Source: Thermoflexia bacterium
GTDB lineage: Bacteria; Chloroflexota; Anaerolineae; B4-G1; SLSP01
Length of the DNA: 28,723 nucleotides
Assembly (NCBI GenBank): GCA_030605705.1
Contig: JAUWHU010000344.1
Span: forward strand, 1 to 28,723
Direction: 5' to 3'
The notes below the pieces were generated by a model that saw nothing but the letters and a program-made list of their open reading frames with translations, was not told where the DNA came from and did no database searches. Of this stretch, positions 9,293 to 16,675 are shown in pieces. Both the position numbers and the translations under genes were made by a program. How positions within the stretch are numbered: the stretch's first letter is position 1; every line of letters begins with the position of its first letter.

Positions 9293-10392
9293 ACTGTCAC
9301 TGGTGGCATCTTGTGTTGATCGTTGGGTTGCTCTGCCCATTAGGGGCGGCCTGTTCTGGCGGCCCGGCAACGGAGACGCCGGCGCCCCCGGAATCTGTGA
9401 CATCGCTTCCCATGCTCTCCAAACCCTTGCGCCTGTTCTTAGTTTACAGCTATTCTCCTGCCGCGCCCCGGTCAGGTGAAATCCGCCCTGGAATCCTGGA
9501 GACGCTCGCCCGTCAGGGATACAACCTCTTTGAGGACACGCTCGAATTGGAGGAGTTTTCACTGAATGTCACTGCAGAGACTACCCCTGGAGAGCTGGCC
9601 GCCCTGGTGCAGGAGGTTGTCCAGGCCATCCAGAACTATGACCCGGACGTGGTGATCGTCTTAAATGATGAGGCGGCTCGCGCGGTGATCCCTGCTTACC
9701 CAGATTCCAATCAGCCTTTTGTGTTTTGCGGCCTCAAGGGTAACCCGCAGGATTATGATCTTAACCGGCCCAACGTGACCGGTGTGTTGGAGCACCCTTA
9801 TCCACTCCAGACGGCCAGGATGGCTATGGAGATAACCCAGAAGCAGGATAGTTTTATGGTCCTGGGGGATGACTCCCCGATGGGCAAGACGATTATCTCG
9901 GCGGTTTACCGGCAGCTCATAACCGATACGACGTTGGAGAGCCGGCCGGACCTGCGTATTACCTCGCGGTGGGAGGAATGGCAGCAGCTGGTACTCAGAG
10001 GGGCAGATGCCTCGGATTTCATCCTATTGGTGGGATATAGCGGTCTGAAAGACCGCACGGAGAATACCATCTCTGACCGGGAGGCGTTGCAGTGGACCCT
10101 GAGACACGCCCCTGTCCCTGTCTTTGGCTTGTGGACGGAGACTACGCGTGAGGGGGCGGTGGGCGGGCTGGCACTTACCCACTATGAACAGGGGGTGACT
10201 GCGGCCGAGATGGTGCTGCATATTGCGCAGGGCGCAGCTCCTTCGTCAATCCTGGCTGCGCAACCTGCTCGTAATATCCTGACCCTGAATTTTGCAGCAG
10301 TCGAACATTGGGAATTGCGTATACCCCTGGTATTTGTGACCACGGCGCGTATTTACCGCCGGTTTCCAGCTCCTGAAGAGGGAGGTCGGTGA
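9289..10392 (+). CDS. Solute-binding lipoprotein (ABC_sub_bind-like, periplasmic-binding-protein type I fold)
   Basis: Signal peptide with lipobox-like LGAAC (Cys22) and a Pro/Thr linker. ABC_sub_bind-like motifs: PDVVIVLNDEA, PFVFCG, NVTGVLE, PVFGLW...GAVGG...EQGVTAAEMVLHI, LTLNFAAVEHWELRIP. ATGA overlap with the upstream gene. Confidence 0.75.
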   Translation: MNCHWWHLVLIVGLLCPLGAACSGGPATETPAPPESVTSLPMLSKPLRLFLVYSYSPAAPRSGEIRPGILETLARQGYNLFEDTLELEEFSLNVTAETTPGELAALVQEVVQAIQNYDPDVVIVLNDEAARAVIPAYPDSNQPFVFCGLKGNPQDYDLNRPNVTGVLEHPYPLQTARMAMEITQKQDSFMVLGDDSPMGKTIISAVYRQLITDTTLESRPDLRITSRWEEWQQLVLRGADASDFILLVGYSGLKDRTENTISDREALQWTLRHAPVPVFGLWTETTREGAVGGLALTHYEQGVTAAEMVLHIAQGAAPSSILAAQPARNILTLNFAAVEHWELRIPLVFVTTARIYRRFPAPEEGGR

Positions 10393-13300
10393 TGTCCTTG
10401 AAGTCCTTGAGCTTGCGTTGGCGCGTGACTTTAATTGCGGTGCTTTTGCCTTTGCTGTTCTTGATGCCGGCATTCTTTTTCATTGGGCAAAAGTCCCGCA
10501 CTGCCTACCGGGAGGCCCGGTTGAGCAAAGGTGAGATGATCACCAGTCAGCTGGGGCAGGCGGTGAACTCGGTAACGCCCTACATCTCCTCTATTTACGA
10601 TGTCCCTGACCTGGAATCTTACCTCCGCGAGAGCATCGCGGATCAGCCTGAGATGGTGTTCTCCGCGCTGGTGCTGGATACCGGGTTTGTGGTTTACCAT
10701 TCTCTGCCAGGACTCGGTGGCACTTACGTCTCTGAGTTAGCTTATTTGGACCAGGAAGGGCTTATCAGACGGGTCGTCCATCCCTATGACGAAGTCTACC
10801 TGGTGGTGCGGAAATTACCGCTGCCCGGCAACGAGGAACGTTTTCTGTATGCCGTCGTGGCCGAGTCGGTGGAGATGGTGGATCCTCCTTTGATATCATT
10901 GTTGCCGGTTTTGGTAGGCATGAGTGTGGCCCTGATCCTGGTAGTCATGATACAGCTCTTCATGCGCCGTTGGATTCTCACGCCGTTGAGCCAACTGGCG
11001 GAAGGGGCGGCCATCGTCGGGGCCGGCGACCTGGCTTACGAGATCACCTTGCCGGGAACGGACGAGTTCGGCTTTCTGGCGCGTTCCTTCAATGATATGG
11101 CCCGGCGTTTGCAAGGGCTGGTGACTTCGTTGGAGCAACAGGTGTCGGAGCGCACCCGTGACCTGGAGAAGAAGAGTCGCCAGCTGGAGGCGGTGGCCTT
11201 TGTCAGCCGGGAAGTGGCGAATATTCGCAGTGTTTCTCTGTTCCTGGAGGCGACGGTGGCGGCAATCTCCAGACAGTTTGGACACTATCACACCGGCATC
11301 TTTTTGATTGACGACAAACGGGAATGGGCGGTATTGCAGGCTGCTTCTTCTGAGGGCGGACAGCGTATGTTATCTCGCCGGCATCGTCTGCGGGTGGGGC
11401 AACAGGGTATCGTGGGTACCGTCGCCGGTACCGGCAAAGCGCACATCGCCTTAGACGTGGGTGTGGACGCGGTGTGGTTCGATAATCCCGATTTGCCGGA
11501 CACACACTCGGAGATTGGCCTGCCGCTGAAGGACCTGGAGGGACAGGTGATCGGCGTCCTCGACGTGCAGAGCGCGGAGACGCAGGCCTTTAGTGCTGAG
11601 GACATCGAGACGCTGCAGTTGCTGGCCGATCAGCTCTCCATTGTGTTGCGAAACGCCCGGCTTTTCGAGCGCACCCAGAGTGCGTTGAGCCAATTGGAAG
11701 ATTTGCAGTGGAGCTACAGCCGCGAGGGTTGGGCACGGATCATGAACCAGGGTCGCCCGAGGGCTTACGAATACGACTCTGTTTCCGTGCAACCTGTGTT
11801 GCCCTTGCCTGCCCCGCGAATTTTGTCGGACGGCACGTTCCCCCGGCAGATGGTGATGACGGACGGCGCCGCGGCGCTGGTGGAGCCGATGCGCTACCGT
11901 GACCAGACAATCGGTCTGGTGGCTCTCTCCGATCCGCACCGTGTCTGGACCGCAGAGGAAAGAGGGCTGGTGCAGAGCGTGGTTGATCAGGTGGGGATCG
12001 CGTTGGAGAACGCGCGTCTCTTTGAGGAAACCCAAAATACGGCCCGGCAACAGGCATTGATGAGCCAGGTACTGCAGACGACGGCGATGGTGAGAGACCC
12101 TGACGTTGCACTCCGCGAGATCACCGGCATTCTGGCGCGGGGTCTGGGCATGGCGGTGGGTATTTTTACCTTCCCGCGCCCCGATGCCACAGAGGTACAG
12201 TTGCAAGCGTTTGTTTTGCCTGACGGTGAATCGCTTTTGCCTGAAGGTGAGCTCTATTCTCTTCCTCCCGATCTACGGATTTTCTTCCAGGGCCTGGAGG
12301 AGCCGGAATTGGGTAAAATGCTCCCCGTTTTGGGGAAGATATCGCCGGGAGAAGCGTACAATCTGGAGCAGGTCTTGTACGTCGCCATCAGGACGGCGGC
12401 GACCCGTGAGGGTTTCTTAGTCTTGCTCCAGCGCCGGGGCGACATATTACTTGATCCTGAGACGCGCTCGCTGGCCCGCAACCTGGCCGGCCAGGTTGCG
12501 ATGATGCTGGCAAATATGCATCTTCTTGAGGAGACCCAGCGCCGCTCGACGGAGATGGAGGCTTTGTATGATATCTCACTGCGCTTCGGAAAAAATCTGG
12601 AGCTGGAGGCGATCCAGAATCTCCTGGTGAATCAAGCCAGGGAGCTGTTATCTGCTGATGCCGGAGGTTTCTTAGTCTACCACGAACATGGAAATATGTT
12701 GGATTTTTCCGTCGCCCACGGGTCTATCCATGCCCCCCAGTGGAGGGCGAAACCGGGGGAGGGACTGGTGGGGCAGGTATTCCAGCAGGCTAAAACCATC
12801 CGGATTGACGATTACGCGGCATGGGCAGATTATGAGGAGGCGGCGGAAGAATCTCCCGCCGTGCAGGCGGTACTGGCCGTGCCCCTGAGCGTCTCCTGGG
12901 GTGTGGCCGGCGTTTTGCTCGGTTTGCGAGAGAGAGGAAAACCGCCCTTTGATCAGGCGGACGTTCGTCTGGCGGAGCTCCTCGCAGCTCAGGCGGCGGT
13001 GGCATTGGAGAGTGCGCGTCTTTACCAGGAGAGCACCAAACGGGCGCGCGACTTGCAACAACTTTACGACGCGGGTTTGGCCCTGGTCTCTCTGTTGGAT
13101 GTGGACGAGGTCTTGAACACGGGCGCGGATTGGGCGCGTCGCCTCTTTGACGGGGAGACGGCGACCATTTTCTACTGGGATGAGGCCCTGGGGCAATACC
13201 GGGCCGGTCGCTCGCTGGCTTCGTCCAAGTGGGAAACGACCTCTGCTATGCCCCGGTCCGGTGGGATCACCCATACTATCCGTGAAACCGGCAAGCCTGT

Positions 13301-14834
13301 GTTGATCTACGATGACCGGATCACTGCCCGGAATCCCGCCGAACTGATTGAGCTCGGCCTTATTTCTCAGATCGGGGTGCCTGTACGTTTAGGCCGACAG
13401 ATCGTCGGCGCGTTCTATGTACACAGTGCCGAGGTCGGCCACTTTAGAGAGGAAGATCTGTACCTTTTGGAGTTCTTAGGTACCCAACTGGCCTCGGCGG
13501 TTCAGAATGCGCAGCTGTTTGGACAGACGCAGGCCGCGCTGGGTGTTGTCGAAATGCAGGTGCATTATCAGACCAATGTGGCGCAATCCACGGCCTTGCT
13601 GGCGGAGCGCGGGACACAGGCCTTAGAGGAAGTGCTGGCTCTGCTGGGTGATGCTAGCCACGCGGGCCGGGTTGTTTACTTCGAGACACAGGAGGATGTT
13701 GAGGGGCCGTACTGGAGTCTCGCTTCGGAATGGGCTGCCCCTGGCGTGGGATCGAAGCTGGAAAACTCGCTATTACAGGCTTTGCGCCCGGAGCAGTTCT
13801 CGGAATGGTCGCTCAAATTCAAGGAGAGCGGCATGGTGCAGACCTTCTTGAGCAGTGCGTCACCTGTGGAGCGCCAGATCCTGGAGGCGTTGGGGATTCA
13901 ATCCCTGCTCCTGGTACCCGTGGCGGGCAATCATCCTACCGTTCCGGGTTTCGTGGGAATACTTGACCTGGAACAGGAACGCGAATGGGAGAAAGAGGTA
14001 CGGGTGGTGATGCAGACAGTGGGCGTGGCCCTCTCCAGCACGCTGGCTCGTGAGTGGCTCTTCAGTCAGGTGCAGGACGCCCTCACCGAGACCGAGGTAC
14101 TTTACAAGACCGGCACCGCCTTGAACACGGCGCAGAGCTACGACGATATTCTCGAAGCGCTGTGTAGCCACACGATTCTCGGCCAGGGCGCGCACGATGT
14201 GACGATCGAATTTTATGACCGCCCCTGGACGGAAACGGAGCGACCTGAGTGGATTGAGATTCTCGCGCGCTGGGGCCGGCTGCCTCCGGAGAAGGTGCGG
14301 CAGCGTTATCACATGGATAAGACGGACATAGTTCTGTTCTCTGACAGGGTGGGGGTTGTCGAGGACGTGCCGAACGACTCACGCTTAGATTCCCGGGCCC
14401 GCGACTTCTTCTTCAAGTACCTGGGGGCCAGGAGCGCGGTTTTCGTCCCCCTGATCGTCGGTGGTCAGCGGATTGGTACCATTATCGCATTATATCCTGA
14501 ACCGACCACGGTATCGGAGGTTGAGCAGCGTCGCTTGATGAACCTGGCGGCTCAAGCTGCGGTGGCGATCCAGAACCGTTACCAGCTACAGGCTACCGCC
14601 GCGCGGGCGCGCCGGGAGCGGTTGGCCCGTGAGATCATCGGGAATATCCAGGGCGCAGTTGATGTCCAGGGAGTACTGCAGGCGGCGGCCCGCGAGCTGG
14701 GGCGGGCACTTCGCGCTCCGCACACCTCTATCCAGGTTGGCGGTCTGGGCCAGCGACGGCACAGGAAGTTAGGCACGGGGGAGCTTGTCCCTAAACCGGA
14801 TGACTCATCCCCGGTTGTGAGCTCGGACGAGTAG
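10389..14834 (+). CDS. Large TM-periplasmic-TM-HAMP protein with about seven GAF domains and no output domain
   Basis: 1481 aa. Two TM helices, HAMP (PLSQLAEGAAIVGAGDL...DEFGFLARSFNDM), repeated GAF C-terminal helices (VLRNARLF, ALENARLF, MLANMHLL, ALESARLY, AVQNAQLF, AIQNRYQL), ending ARARRERL plus a partial GAF. No H-box/HATPase, GGDEF, EAL, HD-GYP or STAS domain seen. Confidence 0.9.
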   Translation: MMSLKSLSLRWRVTLIAVLLPLLFLMPAFFFIGQKSRTAYREARLSKGEMITSQLGQAVNSVTPYISSIYDVPDLESYLRESIADQPEMVFSALVLDTGFVVYHSLPGLGGTYVSELAYLDQEGLIRRVVHPYDEVYLVVRKLPLPGNEERFLYAVVAESVEMVDPPLISLLPVLVGMSVALILVVMIQLFMRRWILTPLSQLAEGAAIVGAGDLAYEITLPGTDEFGFLARSFNDMARRLQGLVTSLEQQVSERTRDLEKKSRQLEAVAFVSREVANIRSVSLFLEATVAAISRQFGHYHTGIFLIDDKREWAVLQAASSEGGQRMLSRRHRLRVGQQGIVGTVAGTGKAHIALDVGVDAVWFDNPDLPDTHSEIGLPLKDLEGQVIGVLDVQSAETQAFSAEDIETLQLLADQLSIVLRNARLFERTQSALSQLEDLQWSYSREGWARIMNQGRPRAYEYDSVSVQPVLPLPAPRILSDGTFPRQMVMTDGAAALVEPMRYRDQTIGLVALSDPHRVWTAEERGLVQSVVDQVGIALENARLFEETQNTARQQALMSQVLQTTAMVRDPDVALREITGILARGLGMAVGIFTFPRPDATEVQLQAFVLPDGESLLPEGELYSLPPDLRIFFQGLEEPELGKMLPVLGKISPGEAYNLEQVLYVAIRTAATREGFLVLLQRRGDILLDPETRSLARNLAGQVAMMLANMHLLEETQRRSTEMEALYDISLRFGKNLELEAIQNLLVNQARELLSADAGGFLVYHEHGNMLDFSVAHGSIHAPQWRAKPGEGLVGQVFQQAKTIRIDDYAAWADYEEAAEESPAVQAVLAVPLSVSWGVAGVLLGLRERGKPPFDQADVRLAELLAAQAAVALESARLYQESTKRARDLQQLYDAGLALVSLLDVDEVLNTGADWARRLFDGETATIFYWDEALGQYRAGRSLASSKWETTSAMPRSGGITHTIRETGKPVLIYDDRITARNPAELIELGLISQIGVPVRLGRQIVGAFYVHSAEVGHFREEDLYLLEFLGTQLASAVQNAQLFGQTQAALGVVEMQVHYQTNVAQSTALLAERGTQALEEVLALLGDASHAGRVVYFETQEDVEGPYWSLASEWAAPGVGSKLENSLLQALRPEQFSEWSLKFKESGMVQTFLSSASPVERQILEALGIQSLLLVPVAGNHPTVPGFVGILDLEQEREWEKEVRVVMQTVGVALSSTLAREWLFSQVQDALTETEVLYKTGTALNTAQSYDDILEALCSHTILGQGAHDVTIEFYDRPWTETERPEWIEILARWGRLPPEKVRQRYHMDKTDIVLFSDRVGVVEDVPNDSRLDSRARDFFFKYLGARSAVFVPLIVGGQRIGTIIALYPEPTTVSEVEQRRLMNLAAQAAVAIQNRYQLQATAARARRERLAREIIGNIQGAVDVQGVLQAAARELGRALRAPHTSIQVGGLGQRRHRKLGTGELVPKPDDSSPVVSSDE

Positions 14835-14852
14835 GGTGTCCTAAACGAAAAT

Positions 14853-14993
14853 ATTACTACTCAGGCCGGTTTATTTCAGACTTCCGAGGTCTACAAATCC
14901 GCCGCTCGGTGGCGGAATCCCGGTCTTGGTAAGTGCTTTGACAAGCAAACCCTGTACAAAGACCTCGGAGGTCTATCACGCCTGAGTAGTAAC
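14853..14993. mobile_element. 141-bp MITE-like element with 14-bp terminal inverted repeats and an 8-bp target-site duplication
   Basis: Left end ATTACTACTCAGGC (14853-14866) and right end GCCTGAGTAGTAAC (14980-14993) match 13/14 as inverted repeats. The direct repeat ACGAAAAT lies immediately outside both ends (14845-14852, 14994-15001). Internal palindromic pair AGACTTCCGAGGTCT (14878-14892) / AGACCTCGGAGGTCT (14960-14974). Confidence 0.8.
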
Positions 14994-15027
14994 ACGAAAA
15001 TCAACTATCAAGCAAGGAGGGCCGGGA

Positions 15028-15504
15028 GTGGGTATTGATCCTGCTCTTACACACGATCTTTTACAGCGGCTGCGGGAGCACCGTGAATCTTTGGTCTCCG
15101 GCCTATGCAGCGCGCTGCATGAAACGACCTTCTCCAATCACTTACTTATTGTTCCTCGTCGCCTGAACGCCATCGGACGGGAGGAGGTTGATACTTTCAT
15201 CGCCTTTCTGGCGCGAGGGGAGGATGACGAGCAGGCGGTACGCGCGCATGGCCGGCGTTTGGCAGTGGAGGGGTTGGGGCACAGCTCCGTTTTGGGGATG
15301 ACCGAGGCCCTCCGTCGCACCTGTTGGGATAGTGTTTTCCCGGATGATAGGATGCTGCATCACCTTTTGGCGATCTGTGGTTATTACCTCAACGCCTTGA
15401 TGGCGGGATACATGTCCGGACGGGAAGAGTCCATCCTGCGAGAGCAGGAACGCACCCGCCGGGCGTATTTGCGTGTCCGCGAACGACACGCCGACCAGAG
15501 GTAA
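15028..15504 (+). CDS. Stand-alone globin-like helical protein (RsbR N-terminal / RsbRD_N-like), probably non-heme
   Basis: AAGGAGG RBS at 15014-15020 and GTG start; 158 aa, apparently all-helical. The HGRRLAVEGLG...V segment and the C-terminal GYMSGREESILREQ helix resemble globin-fold sensor domains and the RsbR linker helix. Confidence 0.65.
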   Translation: MGIDPALTHDLLQRLREHRESLVSGLCSALHETTFSNHLLIVPRRLNAIGREEVDTFIAFLARGEDDEQAVRAHGRRLAVEGLGHSSVLGMTEALRRTCWDSVFPDDRMLHHLLAICGYYLNALMAGYMSGREESILREQERTRRAYLRVRERHADQR

Positions 15505-15546
15505 CTGCACCATGAGATTCGCATTTGGAAGAGGAGGATATTCTAT

Positions 15547-15560
15547 GCTTGAGTAGTAAC
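15547..15560. repeat. Solo copy of the MITE right terminal repeat
   Basis: GCTTGAGTAGTAAC matches GCCTGAGTAGTAAC (14980-14993) at 13/14 positions, in the same orientation. Confidence 0.5.
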
Positions 15561-15617
15561 CTTTCGCGGTGAGTTGTCAATCTATAGCTTGAACAATCTA
15601 CATTTAAGGAGAGAAAG

Positions 15618-16406
15618 ATGTCTGAAACGACGATAGTTGACATTAATATTCCCAATGCCGGGCGGGTTTACGACTATGTATTGGGAGGCAGCCACAACTT
15701 TGAATCCGATCGCCAGGCTGCCGAATATATGATCAGTCTGGTACCCTCAACTCGCAAGTGGGTGCGTATGTTGCGCATGTTCTTGAACGAGGCCACCCAC
15801 CGGTTGTCCGAAGAAGGATTTGAGCAGTTTCTGGACCTTGCTTCAGGCTTGCCCACCGCCGATCACATCCACCAATTGCTGCCTAATGCGTCGGTCGTCT
15901 ACACGGACAACGACCCTGTGACGGTAGCCTACTCTCAAGAGCTCATCGGGGATAACGAGAAGGTGCGTTACTTGGATGGCGACATCCGTAACGTAGCAGC
16001 CATTCTCAACTCTCCAACCATGGACGAATTTTTTGGAGCAGATCACAAGGTTGCTATTGGTTTCAATGCGGTGACGTGTTTCCTTTCCCATGAGGAGATC
16101 AAGCACATCATGAGCACCTTGTATGAATGGGCTGCTCCGGGTAGCAAAGTGTTTGCGAGCCTTGAGACGAAGCTGCCTGATGCCATGACGCCCAAGATGC
16201 AACAATTCGTGGATATGTTTGACCAGATGGGAAGCCCTTATCATTTTTTGACCTTAGAAGAGTGTCGAGAACTGATTAAGCCCTGGCAACTTGATGAGCA
16301 GGGCTTCCGTCCGCTCAGCGAATGGTTGGGCATCCAGGATCAGATCACAGAGGAAGATCGGGAAGACGTCGGACTGGAGTTCTACGGCGTGTTCCTGGTG
16401 AAATAA
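15618..16406 (+). CDS. SAM-dependent methyltransferase, Methyltransf_19 (PF04672)-like
   Basis: Family-typical N-terminus PNAGRVYDYVLGGSHNFESDRQAA, motif I QFLDLASGLPT, VVYTDNDP, YLDGDIRN and APGS. AAGGAG RBS upstream. Confidence 0.88.
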   Translation: MSETTIVDINIPNAGRVYDYVLGGSHNFESDRQAAEYMISLVPSTRKWVRMLRMFLNEATHRLSEEGFEQFLDLASGLPTADHIHQLLPNASVVYTDNDPVTVAYSQELIGDNEKVRYLDGDIRNVAAILNSPTMDEFFGADHKVAIGFNAVTCFLSHEEIKHIMSTLYEWAAPGSKVFASLETKLPDAMTPKMQQFVDMFDQMGSPYHFLTLEECRELIKPWQLDEQGFRPLSEWLGIQDQITEEDREDVGLEFYGVFLVK

Positions 16407-16418
16407 TCGTAAGTGTTC

Positions 16419-16471
16419 AGACCTCCGAGGTTTTGACGTAAAAGGACACATTTCGCAAACCTCGGAGGTCG
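16419..16471. repeat. REP-like inverted pair (AGACCTCCGAGGT family); could act as the 3' hairpin of the methyltransferase transcript
   Basis: AGACCTCCGAGGTTT (16419-16433) and AAACCTCGGAGGTCG (16457-16471) match 14/15 as inverted repeats, 12 bp after the stop codon. Confidence 0.75.
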
Positions 16472-16517
16472 GGGATAGAAAATAAGGGGCGGCAAGTTAG
16501 TTCGACAATGTTATATT

Positions 16518-16616
16518 AGACCTCCGAGGTCTACAAATGCGCTATCAATCTGTCAAACAGCAGTTCTTAGGAGATTTTTGTCATACAGAACTGTTCCTAA
16601 AAGACCTCTGAGGTCT
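16518..16616. repeat. REP-like inverted pair, the same ~100-bp unit as the one inside the MITE
   Basis: AGACCTCCGAGGTCT-ACAAAT (from 16518) and AA-AGACCTCTGAGGTCT-ATC (16602-16616). The flanking bases ACAAAT and ATC are identical to those at 14893-14898 and 14975-14977; the spans are 99 and 97 bp. Confidence 0.75.
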
Positions 16617-16675
16617 ATCTTGAATGTGACATTGTCAAGTTAGGCACTCATCAGTTGTTTTTTTTGTGCAGCGAG

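Noticed and set aside
707-14382. Long minus-strand and alternative-frame ORFs within the receptor genes (e.g. 4364-5116, 6261-7220, 11451-12206, 12672-13274)
   Set aside because: They fully overlap well-supported genes and show no motifs or RBS support.
1-14834. Calling the receptors histidine kinases, diguanylate cyclases or phytochromes
   Set aside because: No H-box/HATPase boxes, GGDEF/EAL motifs or bilin-binding DIP/CH motifs were seen.
15574-15604. Possible sigma70 promoter TTGTCA...TACATT upstream of the methyltransferase
   Set aside because: The spacer is 19 bp and the -10 box sits almost on the RBS.
16493-16643. A second MITE wrapper around the 16518-16616 REP pair (GACAATGT/ACATTGTC with direct repeat CAAGTTAG)
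   Set aside because: The inverted repeat is only 8 bp and overlaps the candidate duplication asymmetrically, so the ends cannot be defined.
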